Below are positions 29,762 through 38,643 of a DNA stretch of 48,186 nucleotides, one piece after another (the stretch's first letter is position 1; each line of letters begins with the position of its first letter). The notes beneath the pieces are model-generated. The model saw only the letters and a list, made by a program, of their open reading frames with translations, made no database searches and was not told the DNA's origin. The stretch comes from Actinomycetota bacterium (lineage in GTDB: Bacteria > Actinomycetota > Acidimicrobiia > Acidimicrobiales > CADCSY01), in the NCBI GenBank assembly GCA_019347915.1, contig JAHWKL010000004.1:1-48186 (forward strand), written 5' to 3'. Both the position numbers and the translations under genes were made by a program.

Positions 29762-29971
29762 TCACTCCCGGGGAGGTTCCTGAGACGGCGGGGGGTGCTC
29801 GGCAGCGCCGGCGGCGTCCTGCTGGGCGCGCAAGGACTCGAGCTGCGCCTCCATCCCTTGCAGTGCCTCCAGCGCCTGGCGAGCGGCGCGCTGCAGCCGC
29901 ACGAGGACGGGCAGCAGCACGGCGGCGGCGCCTACGACCACGACGAGGATGATCAGCGGTACGGGGTCCAC
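29762..29971 (-). CDS. Small single-TM protein with coiled-coil tail
   Basis: VDPVPLIILVVVVGAAAVLLPVLVRLQRAARQALEALQGMEAQLESLR; TACGGT box 7 nt upstream. Confidence 0.65.
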   Translation of the reverse strand: MDPVPLIILVVVVGAAAVLLPVLVRLQRAARQALEALQGMEAQLESLRAQQDAAGAAEHPPPSQEPPRE

Positions 29972-30067
29972 GGCCAGGACCGTAGCCCTCGGCGGTCCGG
30001 CGAGCCGCACCACGGTGACCCCGGGCCCTGGCCGTCGTCTGTCCCGCCGCCGGTACCATCGCCGGCG

Positions 30068-30997
30068 GTGTCGCGCGTGGAGCGTCTGCTCAACCTCACG
30101 GCCGCCCTGCTCACCGCCACCCGTCCACTCACCCGGGCGGAGATCCGCGAGCGGGTCCCTGGCTATCCCCCCGGTGACGACGACCGGGGCTCGTTCCGCC
30201 GGGCGTTCGAGCGCGACAAGGACGCCCTGCGAGAGATGGGGATCCCTCTCGTGCTCCGGGAGGTCCCCGGCACCGATCCCGTGGTCGAGGGCTACCTGAT
30301 CCCCCGCGACCAGTACGCCCTGCGCGACCCTGGCCTGGAGCCCGACGAGCTGGCCGCCATCCACCTGGCCGCCGCCGCCGTGCAGCTGGACGGGATGCGG
30401 GGCACCGAAGCCATCTGGAAGCTGGGCGGAGTACCGGCTGGAGGAGACGGAGCCGACACCCTCGCCGCGCTGCCGACCATCCCGCAGCTCGTTCCGCTGT
30501 TCACGGCGGTGTCGGAGCGCCGGCCCGTGACCTTCGGCTACCGCGGCGAGCAGCGGACCGTTGATCCTCACCGTCTCTCGTTCACCCGAGGCCGCTGGTA
30601 CCTCGACGGCGAGGACCACACGAGAGGCGCCTCTCGCCAGTTCCGTCTCGACCGCGTGGAGGGCGACGTGACGCTGGGCGAGCCGGGCAGCTTCGAACGG
30701 CCCCGCTCGCTCGACGCCGGTGGTAGCCGGCCCTGGGAGATGGGCGGCGAAGAGCCGCTCGACGCCAGGGTCCGGGTCGATGCCGACCTGGCGGGGTGGG
30801 CGGTCGACCACCTGGGTGGCGATGCCGTGGTGGCCGAGGACGCCGACGGGGTCGAGGTCGCCCTCAGGGTCACCAATCGCGACGCCTTCCGATCGTTCGT
30901 CCTGGGCTTCCTCGACCACGCCGAGGTGCTGGGGCCACCGGAGCTGCGGGCCGACATGGTGGCCTGGCTGCAGGAGCTGGCAGGGGAGGGCGCCTGA
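30068..30997 (+). CDS. pafB: WYL-domain transcriptional regulator PafB
   Basis: SRVERLLNLTAALL, RRAFERDKDALREMGIP, GRWYL, FRLDRV. Confidence 0.92.
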   Translation: MSRVERLLNLTAALLTATRPLTRAEIRERVPGYPPGDDDRGSFRRAFERDKDALREMGIPLVLREVPGTDPVVEGYLIPRDQYALRDPGLEPDELAAIHLAAAAVQLDGMRGTEAIWKLGGVPAGGDGADTLAALPTIPQLVPLFTAVSERRPVTFGYRGEQRTVDPHRLSFTRGRWYLDGEDHTRGASRQFRLDRVEGDVTLGEPGSFERPRSLDAGGSRPWEMGGEEPLDARVRVDADLAGWAVDHLGGDAVVAEDADGVEVALRVTNRDAFRSFVLGFLDHAEVLGPPELRADMVAWLQELAGEGA

Positions 30998-31959
30998 TGG
31001 CACGCCGCAGCGCCGACGCACGGCTCCGCCGGCTGCTCGCCCTGGTGCCGTGGGTGGTGGCTCAGGACGGGCCGACCCTCGACGAGGTGTGCGCCCGGTT
31101 CGGGCTGACCCAGGACGAGCTGGTGGCCGAGCTCGACCTGCTCTTCCTCTGCGGCGTGCACCCCTTCACGCCGGATTCGCTCATCGACGTGCTGGTGGCC
31201 GACGGGCGGGTGTGGATCCGCTACGCGGACTACCTCGAGCGCCCGCTGCGTCTCACGCCCGAGGAGGGGCTGGCACTGGTGGCCGCCGGGACGGCGTTGC
31301 TCGCCGTCCCCGGGTCCGACGCCGAGGGGCCACTGGCCCGGGGGTTGGCCAAGCTGGCGAGCGTGCTCGGCGTCGACCCCCGGGAGGCGCTGGACATCGA
31401 CCTGGGGTCCGCTCCCGAGGCGGTGCTGGAAGCGCTCAGGGCGGCGATCTCGGCCCGGCGCCAGGTCGAGATCGACTACTACGCGTACGGCCGAGACGAG
31501 CGCACCCGGCGGGTGGTCGACCCGCATGCCGTGTTCGCCGCCGAGGGAGAGTGGTACCTCAGCGCCTACTGCCACCTGGTCCGGGCGCCGCGGCGCTTCC
31601 GGGTCGACCGTGTCCGCTCGATCATCCTGCTCGACCGTCAGTTCGACCGCCGCCAGGAGGTCCAGGCCCGCACCGTGTTCGAACCGGCGCCCAGCGACCC
31701 CCGCGTCGTCCTCGAGCTCGAGCCACGGGCCCGCTGGGTCTGCGAGCGGTACCCGGTGGAGGAGTGCGTCGAGCTCGGCGGTGGGCGTGTCCGGGTGACG
31801 CTGGCGGTGAGCGAACGGGCGTGGCTGGAGCGGCTGCTGCTGAGACTGGGCGGGGCGGCCACGATCGTGCAGGGAGACGACGGAGTCGGGCCTGCCGCCG
31901 CCGCTCGTGTCCTCGATCGTTACCGGCGAGGACCAGCCGTTAGCCTCGGTCCGGAGTGA
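30997..31959 (+). CDS. pafC: WYL-domain transcriptional regulator PafC
   Basis: RLRRLLALVPW, LDLLFLCG, RPLRLTPEE, WYLSAYC, FRVDRV; TGATG coupling to pafB. Confidence 0.92.
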   Translation: MARRSADARLRRLLALVPWVVAQDGPTLDEVCARFGLTQDELVAELDLLFLCGVHPFTPDSLIDVLVADGRVWIRYADYLERPLRLTPEEGLALVAAGTALLAVPGSDAEGPLARGLAKLASVLGVDPREALDIDLGSAPEAVLEALRAAISARRQVEIDYYAYGRDERTRRVVDPHAVFAAEGEWYLSAYCHLVRAPRRFRVDRVRSIILLDRQFDRRQEVQARTVFEPAPSDPRVVLELEPRARWVCERYPVEECVELGGGRVRVTLAVSERAWLERLLLRLGGAATIVQGDDGVGPAAAARVLDRYRRGPAVSLGPE

Positions 31960-32810
31960 GCGAGCCCCCCGCCCCCCCCGAGATCACCCCCGGTACCCCG
32001 GAGGTCGACAACGCCGCCACGGTGGTGACCCCCGAGCAGGGGGCTCGTGATGGTGACGAGTCCAAAGCCCACGCGTCCGCTCCTGACGTCGACTCGCGTG
32101 AGGAGGACGTGGCCGAAGGCGACCCAGCCGAACACGACCCGGCCGAAGACGAGCCTCCCGAGGACGACCGAGCCGAACACCCGCCCGAAGACGAGGCTCC
32201 CGAAGACGAAGCTCTCGAGCACGACCCGGGGGCACCGGACGTCGCCACCACGGGTTCCACGGCGAGTGGCGGGCGCAGCGCGGGGATCAGCGCGGCCCGC
32301 AACGTCGTCGAGTGGCTGACCATCCTGGGAGGGGCCCTGGTGGTGGCCCTGGTGGTCACCCGGTTCCTGGTGCAGGCCTTTTTCATCCCTTCCCTGTCGA
32401 TGTTCCCGGCGCTGAACAACGGGGACCGGGTGCTCGTGAACAAGCTGAGCTACCGCCTCCACGAGATCCATCGGGGGGACCTGATCGTGTTCGAACGGCC
32501 CTCCGACGACGGGTCCAGCCAGGTGAAGGACCTCATCAAGCGGGTGGTGGCGCTGGAGGGAGAGCGGATCGAGGCCCGGGACGGACGGGTGCTGATCGAC
32601 GGCAAGGCCCTGCCCGAGCCCTACCTGGCACCCAGCGTGCAGACGACCAACCTCGAACCGCTGGTCGTGCCCGAGGGCCACGTCTTCGTCATGGGCGACA
32701 ACCGGGACGACTCCCGCGACAGCCGGTTCTTCGGCCCCCTACCGGAGGAGCTGGTGATCGGCCGGGCCTTCGTCAAGGTCTGGCCGCTCGACGATCTCGA
32801 GCTCCTCTAG
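31956..32810 (+). CDS. lepB: Signal peptidase I with acidic N-terminal extension
   Basis: One TM, IPSLSM (Ser), LIKRVV (Lys), MGDNRDDSRDSR. Confidence 0.93.
   Translation: MSEPPAPPEITPGTPEVDNAATVVTPEQGARDGDESKAHASAPDVDSREEDVAEGDPAEHDPAEDEPPEDDRAEHPPEDEAPEDEALEHDPGAPDVATTGSTASGGRSAGISAARNVVEWLTILGGALVVALVVTRFLVQAFFIPSLSMFPALNNGDRVLVNKLSYRLHEIHRGDLIVFERPSDDGSSQVKDLIKRVVALEGERIEARDGRVLIDGKALPEPYLAPSVQTTNLEPLVVPEGHVFVMGDNRDDSRDSRFFGPLPEELVIGRAFVKVWPLDDLELL
32100..32231 (+). repeat. Degenerate 15-bp tandem repeat within lepB 5' region
   Basis: Units such as GAACACGACCCGGCC, GAAGACGAGCCTCCC, GAAGACGAGGCTCCC encode EHDPA/EDEPP/EDEAP pentapeptides. Confidence 0.7.
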
Positions 32811-32830
32811 GAAGTCCGGGAGGCCGGTGG

Positions 32831-33565
32831 TCATTCCCGGGGCGTCGAGTCGGGGTGGTTCCCGAGCGCTTCCACCAGGCGGTCGACGTGATCGCTGTAG
32901 ACGCCGTCGACGCCCATGGTCAGGAGGGCGTCGAGCTGCCGCCGGTGCTGGGCCCCCCAGGCGAAGGCCAGACGGCCGAAGCGGTGGAACAGGGTCGTCA
33001 GACCCGGCGTCCAGTCCCCCTCGGGGAGGTTGACGGCGTCGACGCCGGCGGCGGCCAACGCCGACGCCCGTCGCTCGGGGCCCTCGGCGATGCGGCGCAT
33101 CCGCGTCGAGTCGACGACATGAGCTTCTGACGAGAGCTTCCGCCAGGACGCTGCCCGCTGCCAGTCGGAGGAGCACAGCCACAGCCGCCCCGGCGCCTCG
33201 CCCCCGGCCTCCCGGGCCACAGCGACGACCAGGGGCGCGGCTGCATCGTCGCCCACGTCGAGCGAGAGCTCGAAGGCGGTGCCGCAGGCGGCGTAGACCT
33301 CGGCGAGCGAGGGGATCGAGGGCGGCAGCCGGGATCGGGGCATCTCGCTCAGCGGCCGTCGGCGGATGCCCGAGCGCACCATGGGCTCGTGGTGCAGCAC
33401 CGGCTCGCCGTCGGCGCACAGCCACACGTGGCTCTCCAGGCCGGGTGCGCCCAGGTCGAGGGCCCGGCGGAACGCCTCCAGGGTGTTCTCCGGTGCCTCC
33501 CCCCGGGCGCCTCGACGGGCGAAGCCCAGGGGCGGGTCGAGCAGCGAGGGATAGCGGGGGGGCAC
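32831..33565 (-). CDS. Glycerophosphodiester phosphodiesterase-fold protein, probably catalytically altered
   Basis: APENTLEAF and GVDGVYSD family motifs present, but FARRG replaces AHRG and ESH replaces ExD. Confidence 0.85.
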   Translation of the reverse strand: MPPRYPSLLDPPLGFARRGARGEAPENTLEAFRRALDLGAPGLESHVWLCADGEPVLHHEPMVRSGIRRRPLSEMPRSRLPPSIPSLAEVYAACGTAFELSLDVGDDAAAPLVVAVAREAGGEAPGRLWLCSSDWQRAASWRKLSSEAHVVDSTRMRRIAEGPERRASALAAAGVDAVNLPEGDWTPGLTTLFHRFGRLAFAWGAQHRRQLDALLTMGVDGVYSDHVDRLVEALGNHPDSTPRE

Positions 33566-33676
33566 CCCGCCATCCTGCCCGACGCGCGCTCAAGGTCGGT
33601 CCCCTGGCCGTCGATGTTCAAGGGGAGGTCGTCCGGTCTTCCCGCCGGGTGCCCATCGACTCGGAGGAGGACGGCC

Positions 33677-34003
33677 ATGGCGAAGGTGCGGGCAAGCTGT
33701 CCCGACTGCGGCAACGTCGAGCTGAGCACCGACGACGTCCAGGTCCGGGTCTGCGTGGACGACGGCGCCGGTACGTACGCCTTCCGATGCCCCGCGTGCC
33801 GGGTGGCGGCGGCCAAGCCGGCCGACGCCCGTGTCGTGCACCTGTTGGTGTCCTGGGGCGCGCCCCTCACGATGTGGCGGATGCCGGCGGAGCTCACCGA
33901 GCCGCACCACGGGCCGCCGCTGACCCACGACGACCTCCTGAGTTTCCACGGCGAGCTGGCCGACGACCGGTCGATTCCCCGTTCGTCCCGTATCGACGAC
34001 TGA
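33677..34003 (+). CDS. Hypothetical zinc-ribbon protein (CPDC...CPAC)
   Basis: GGAGGAGG RBS, ATG 33677; two CxxC pairs; C-terminal GPPLTHDDLLSFH. Confidence 0.8.
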   Translation: MAKVRASCPDCGNVELSTDDVQVRVCVDDGAGTYAFRCPACRVAAAKPADARVVHLLVSWGAPLTMWRMPAELTEPHHGPPLTHDDLLSFHGELADDRSIPRSSRIDD

Positions 34004-34055
34004 CGCGAACTGCAGGAGATCGGCGGCTCGTCGGGCCGCCGGTAGCATTTGGCTC

Positions 34056-34529
34056 GTGTTCAACGTCGGGACGGCCGAGCTGCTGGTCATCCTGCTCGTG
34101 GCGCTACTGGTCCTGGGCCCGAACAAGTTGCCCGACGCCGCCCGCCAGGTCGGCAGGGCGCTCGGCCAGCTCCGGCGCCTGAGCTCCGGCTTCCAGGCCG
34201 AGATGCGCGACGCCCTGCGGGAACCGGTCGAGGGCAAGCCCACCTCCGGTGCCGCCACCACGCCGGTGAAGAACGACGGCGATGGGGCACTGTCGTCGCC
34301 CAAGGCTGGCCATGCGGGCGCCGACGCCACCGCCACGCCGCCCCCGGTGACCGACGGCGCCGGCACCACCGGTGCCGACGTGGAGCACGCTCCGCCGCCG
34401 CCGACCGGCCGCGGCGACGACCCCGTCGGCGGTGACGGTGGGACCACGACCGCCCCGACCGGCCGTGGCGGCACGGCCACCTCCCCGCCCGCCCCCGACG
34501 CGGGCGCAAACGGCAGCACTCCGACCTGA
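34056..34529 (+). CDS. tatB: Twin-arginine translocase subunit, TatB type
   Basis: MFNVGTAELLVILLVALLVLGPNKLP (E8, GP hinge), amphipathic helix, long disordered tail. Confidence 0.85.
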   Translation: MFNVGTAELLVILLVALLVLGPNKLPDAARQVGRALGQLRRLSSGFQAEMRDALREPVEGKPTSGAATTPVKNDGDGALSSPKAGHAGADATATPPPVTDGAGTTGADVEHAPPPPTGRGDDPVGGDGGTTTAPTGRGGTATSPPAPDAGANGSTPT

Positions 34530-35302
34530 TGGCGCTGCGCTCACGGCGCACCGAGGAGCCGCTCGGCTCCTCGCCGCAGCCGGCCGCCGACGAGAGCATG
34601 ACGCTCGTCGAGCACCTGAACGAGCTTCGCAGCCGGTTGGTCAAGGCGATCATCGCCCTGGTGATCGGCGGCGTGGTGGGTTTCCTGCTCTACCAGCCGG
34701 TGCTCGAGATCCTCCAGGCGCCGTACTGCGAGATCTCCGAGGAGTGCACCTTCATCGTCACCGATCCGCTGGAGAGCTTCTCCATCCGTTTGAAGGTGTC
34801 CGCCTACGTCGGCCTGCTGCTCGCCTCACCGGTGGTGCTGTGGCAACTGTGGCGGTTCATCACCCCGGGGCTGTACGAGAACGAGAAGCGCTACGCCATC
34901 CCCTTCGTGCTCAGCTCGGTGGTGCTCTTCCTTCTCGGCGCCGGTCTGGCCCTGTGGACCTTCCCGAACGCGTTGGAGTTCCTGGTCAAGATCGGCGGCG
35001 AGAGCCTGGAGCCCCTGTACACGCCGAACAAGTACCTGAGCCTGGTGATCTTCATGATGCTGGCGTTCGGGGTCGGCTTCGAGTTCCCCATCGTGCTGGT
35101 CTTCCTGCAGGTGGCCGGCATGCTGACGTGGCAACGCCTGGCGTCGTGGCGCCGGTGGGCCGTGGTGGGCATCTTCGTCATGGTGGCGGTGGTCACCCCG
35201 TCCGGCGACCCCTTCACCCTGTTTGCCCTGGCGCTGCCCATGTACCTGTTCTACGAGTCCTCCATCCTCGTGGGCCGTTTCGTGCTCAAGCGCGGGGCGT
35301 GA
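34529..35302 (+). CDS. tatC: Twin-arginine translocase TatC
   Basis: MTLVEHLNELRSRL, WRFITPGLYENEKR, FEFP, TPSGDP. Confidence 0.96.
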   Translation: MALRSRRTEEPLGSSPQPAADESMTLVEHLNELRSRLVKAIIALVIGGVVGFLLYQPVLEILQAPYCEISEECTFIVTDPLESFSIRLKVSAYVGLLLASPVVLWQLWRFITPGLYENEKRYAIPFVLSSVVLFLLGAGLALWTFPNALEFLVKIGGESLEPLYTPNKYLSLVIFMMLAFGVGFEFPIVLVFLQVAGMLTWQRLASWRRWAVVGIFVMVAVVTPSGDPFTLFALALPMYLFYESSILVGRFVLKRGA

Positions 35303-35343
35303 CGCCCACCGGTCGCACCGGTTCTTCGCCGGCCGCCGGCGCC

Positions 35344-38010
35344 ATGGAGACGACCGCCGCCGCCCGCCCGTCCGGCTACGACTTCGAGCTCGACGACTTC
35401 CAGCGGCGGGCCATCGCTGCCATCGACGACGGCCAGTCGGTACTGGTCGCCGCACCGACCGGCTCGGGCAAGACGGTGGTGGCCGAGCACGCGGTCGCCG
35501 ACGCCCTCGCCCGAGGTGGCAAGGCCTTCTACACCACGCCCATCAAGGCGCTCTCCAACCAGAAGTACGCCGACTTCTGCCGTCGCTACGGCCCCGAGCG
35601 GGTCGGCCTGCTCACCGGCGACACCAACCGCAACGGTGAGGCCCCCGTGGTGGTCATGACCACCGAGGTCCTGCGCAACATGATCTACGCCGCCTCGCCC
35701 ACGCTCGACGGGCTCCGGTATGTGGTGTTGGACGAGGTGCACTACCTCCAGAACGCCTACCGGGGCCCGGTGTGGGAGGAGGTCATCATCCACCTGGCGC
35801 CCGAGGTGCGCCTGGTGTGCCTGTCGGCGACCGTCTCGAACGCCGAGGAGCTGAGCCACTGGATCACCACCGTGCGGGGGGCGACCGCCGCCGTCATCGA
35901 GGAGCGCCGCCCGGTGGTGCTCCACAACCTCTACCTCGTGGGGGACCGGACCGCCCAGCGCCTCCACCTGCTGCCCACGCTGGTGGACGGGCGGCCCAAC
36001 CCCGAGGCCGCCCGCCTCGATACCGGCGCCGCCCGGGCCCCGGGCGCACGCCACGAGGGCCGCCGGCCGGGCCGTCGCCTCTTCACCCCCAAGCGCTACG
36101 AGGTGGTCGAGCGGCTCGAGGACGAGGGGATGCTGCCGGCCATCTCGTTCATCTTCAGCCGGGCTGGCTGTGACCAGGCCGTGCGCCAGTGCCTCGATGC
36201 CGGCCTGCGCCTGACCACCCCCGAGGAGCGGAACCGCATCCGTTCCATCTGCGACGAGCGCACCGCCGGGCTGTCCGACGACGATCTCGGCGTGCTGGGG
36301 TGGCCGGCGTGGATGGCGGGCATGGAGGCGGGGCTGGCCTCCCACCACGCCGGCATGGTGCCGCCGTTCAAGGAAGCGGTCGAGGCCTGCTTCGCCGCCG
36401 GCCTGGTCAAGATGGTGTTCGCCACCGAGACGCTGGCCCTGGGCATCAACATGCCGGCACGGGCGGTGGTGATCGAGAAGCTGAGCAAGTTCGGCGGCGA
36501 GCGCCACCAGATGCTCACCCCCGGCGAGTACACCCAGCTCACCGGGCGGGCGGGGCGGCGGGGGATCGACGACGTGGGCTACGCGGTCGTCCTGTGGTCG
36601 CCGTTCGTCTCCTTCGACCAGGTGGCGGCCCTGGTCTCGACCCGCACCTTCCCCATCTCGTCGTCGTTCCGGCCGACCTACAACATGGCCGCCAACCTGG
36701 TGCATCGGTACTCGGCTGGTGAAGCGCACCACCTCCTGAACCTCTCCTTCGCCCAGTACCAGGCCGACCAGGAGGTGGTCGCCATGGAGGCGCGCCTCGA
36801 GCGGGCCGAGCGGCGGCTGGCGGCCTCCCGGGCCGAGCTGGTCTGCGACCAGGGCGATGTCGCCGAGCTGCTCGAGCTCCAGCGGCGCCTGGACCAGCGC
36901 CGGACCGAGCCCCGGGCGCGCCGGCACGACCTGGAAGAGGCCCTCGCCCACCTGCGGCCCGGTGACGTGGTGCGCGTCCCCGGCGGCAAGTCGGCCGGGC
37001 CGGCGGTGGTGCTGTCGGCCACGACCCGCCGCGGCGGCATCCAGTTGCGGGTTCTGACACCCAAGCGCCGGCGGCTCACCCTTGACAGCAGCGACTTCGA
37101 CGAGCCCCCCGACCGCCTCGGCCGGGTGGAGCTCCCGCGGCCTTACCAGCCCAACAGCAACGGCTTCCAGCGCCAGGTGGCCACCAGCCTCTCCCGGGCC
37201 CGCCTGGCCAACCCTCGCCGCCGGCAGCGGCACCGTGACCCGGAGGTCGACGAGATGGCCCTCGCCGTCGACCGCCATCCCGCCGCCGCCTGCACCGACC
37301 TTTCCCGCCACCGGCGGGCGTGGGGCCAGGTCGAGCGACTGGAGCGGGAGGTCGCCCGCATCAAGCGCCAGGTCAAGGGCCGCACCGCCACGCTCGCCCG
37401 GCAGTTCGACCGGGTGCTGTCGGTCCTGGAGGAGGCCGAGTACGTCGACGGGTGGTCGTTGACCGAGCGGGGGGCGCGCCTCGGGCGGATCTACCACGAG
37501 TGCGATCTCCTCATCGCCGAGTCCCTCCACGAAGGCGTCTTCGACGACGTGTCGCCTGCGGCCCTGGCCGGGCTGGCCTCGGTCTTCACCTTCGAGGCGC
37601 GGGGTCGGGCGGAGCCACCCGCTCCTGACATCCCCTCCGCCGACCTGCGACGCCGGTGGGGGACGATCCAGCGCCTCTCCGCCCGCCTGGCCGCGGCCGA
37701 GGACCGTGCCGGCCTTCCCCCCACCCGCGAGCCCGACCCCGGTTTCATGGGCCTGGCCGCGGCGTGGGCCGCTGGTGATCCCCTCGACGACGTCCTGGAG
37801 GAGGAAGACCTCTCGGGCGGCGACTTCGTCCGCAACGTCAAGCAGCTCATCGACCTGCTCCGCCAGCTCGGTGACGTCGCCCCGCTGCCGGCGACCGCCA
37901 CCGCCGCCCGATCGGCGGCCGACGCCTTGTTCCGAGGGGTGGTCGAGGCATCGTCGAGGGTCACCGCCGCCGACGTACCGGAGGAGCAGGTCCTGCCGCC
38001 GGCGAGGTGA
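35344..38010 (+). CDS. helY: Ski2-like DEVH-box helicase HelY
   Basis: APTGSGKT, PIKALSNQK, DEVH, SAT, ATETLALGINMPA, QLTGRAGRRG, C-terminal GDFVR (DSHCT). Start could be GTG 35299. Confidence 0.93.
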   Translation: METTAAARPSGYDFELDDFQRRAIAAIDDGQSVLVAAPTGSGKTVVAEHAVADALARGGKAFYTTPIKALSNQKYADFCRRYGPERVGLLTGDTNRNGEAPVVVMTTEVLRNMIYAASPTLDGLRYVVLDEVHYLQNAYRGPVWEEVIIHLAPEVRLVCLSATVSNAEELSHWITTVRGATAAVIEERRPVVLHNLYLVGDRTAQRLHLLPTLVDGRPNPEAARLDTGAARAPGARHEGRRPGRRLFTPKRYEVVERLEDEGMLPAISFIFSRAGCDQAVRQCLDAGLRLTTPEERNRIRSICDERTAGLSDDDLGVLGWPAWMAGMEAGLASHHAGMVPPFKEAVEACFAAGLVKMVFATETLALGINMPARAVVIEKLSKFGGERHQMLTPGEYTQLTGRAGRRGIDDVGYAVVLWSPFVSFDQVAALVSTRTFPISSSFRPTYNMAANLVHRYSAGEAHHLLNLSFAQYQADQEVVAMEARLERAERRLAASRAELVCDQGDVAELLELQRRLDQRRTEPRARRHDLEEALAHLRPGDVVRVPGGKSAGPAVVLSATTRRGGIQLRVLTPKRRRLTLDSSDFDEPPDRLGRVELPRPYQPNSNGFQRQVATSLSRARLANPRRRQRHRDPEVDEMALAVDRHPAAACTDLSRHRRAWGQVERLEREVARIKRQVKGRTATLARQFDRVLSVLEEAEYVDGWSLTERGARLGRIYHECDLLIAESLHEGVFDDVSPAALAGLASVFTFEARGRAEPPAPDIPSADLRRRWGTIQRLSARLAAAEDRAGLPPTREPDPGFMGLAAAWAAGDPLDDVLEEEDLSGGDFVRNVKQLIDLLRQLGDVAPLPATATAARSAADALFRGVVEASSRVTAADVPEEQVLPPAR

Positions 38011-38618
38011 CGGTGCGCAAGGGCCAGGCCTGGGGGACCCCGGGTGCCTTGCCCGACCACGGGGTGGTGGTGCGTTCCGACGCCGAGGCACGGGCCGTCG
38101 TGAGCGCCGCCCGGCGGGCGGACGAGCCGGTGCCGCCGTTGGGTCTTCTGGGGGGCGACCTGTGCCGGACCCTGGGCGGGCGAGGGGACGAGGGCCGCCT
38201 GCGGTCGGGAGCGGCAGTCGTCGTGCAGTGCGACCTGGGCTCAGTGCTCGTCGACGGGCGGTTGCACTGGTTCGTGGCCCATCTCGTCGCCCGGCCCCGA
38301 TGGTGGTGGGGACGGACCTTCGTGGCCATGAACGCGGCGTGGTTGGGGGAGTGGAACCTCGGCCCCCGGGCCCACCCTGGTGACGGCGTGCTCGACACCT
38401 ACGACGGGCGCCTGCCGGTGCGACAGCTCCTCGCCGCCCGCGCCCGTCTGCCCCGGGGCGCCCACCTTCCCCATCCCGCCATCTCCGAGCGGCGAGCTCG
38501 CGCCCTCCAGGTGGACCTGGGCCGCGACCTTCCCGTCCGCCTGGACGGCGAGGTGATCACCGCCGGCCGCCGGCTCTCGTTGCGGGCCGAGCCCGACGCC
38601 CTCACCGTGGTGGTGTAG
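38007..38618 (+). CDS. Truncated diacylglycerol kinase (YegS)-like protein
   Basis: GDLCRTLG, PRAHPGDGVLD, VRLDGE, EPDALTVVV resemble the DAGK accessory domain; no GGDG motif; GTGA coupling to helY. Confidence 0.7.
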   Translation: MTVRKGQAWGTPGALPDHGVVVRSDAEARAVVSAARRADEPVPPLGLLGGDLCRTLGGRGDEGRLRSGAAVVVQCDLGSVLVDGRLHWFVAHLVARPRWWWGRTFVAMNAAWLGEWNLGPRAHPGDGVLDTYDGRLPVRQLLAARARLPRGAHLPHPAISERRARALQVDLGRDLPVRLDGEVITAGRRLSLRAEPDALTVVV

Positions 38619-38643
38619 GCGCGAGCCCTCCTAGGGTGATTGG

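Noticed and set aside
30068-31959. Tandem WYL proteins as an anti-phage defence regulator
   Set aside because: Sequence and position match canonical PafB/PafC.
34372-35298. Apparent N-terminal extension making HelY 1212 aa
   Set aside because: Overlaps tatB/tatC out of frame with R/P/G-rich junk; same artefact affects track starts of arc, prcA, pafA, pafB, pafC, argB, argD, argF and opcA.
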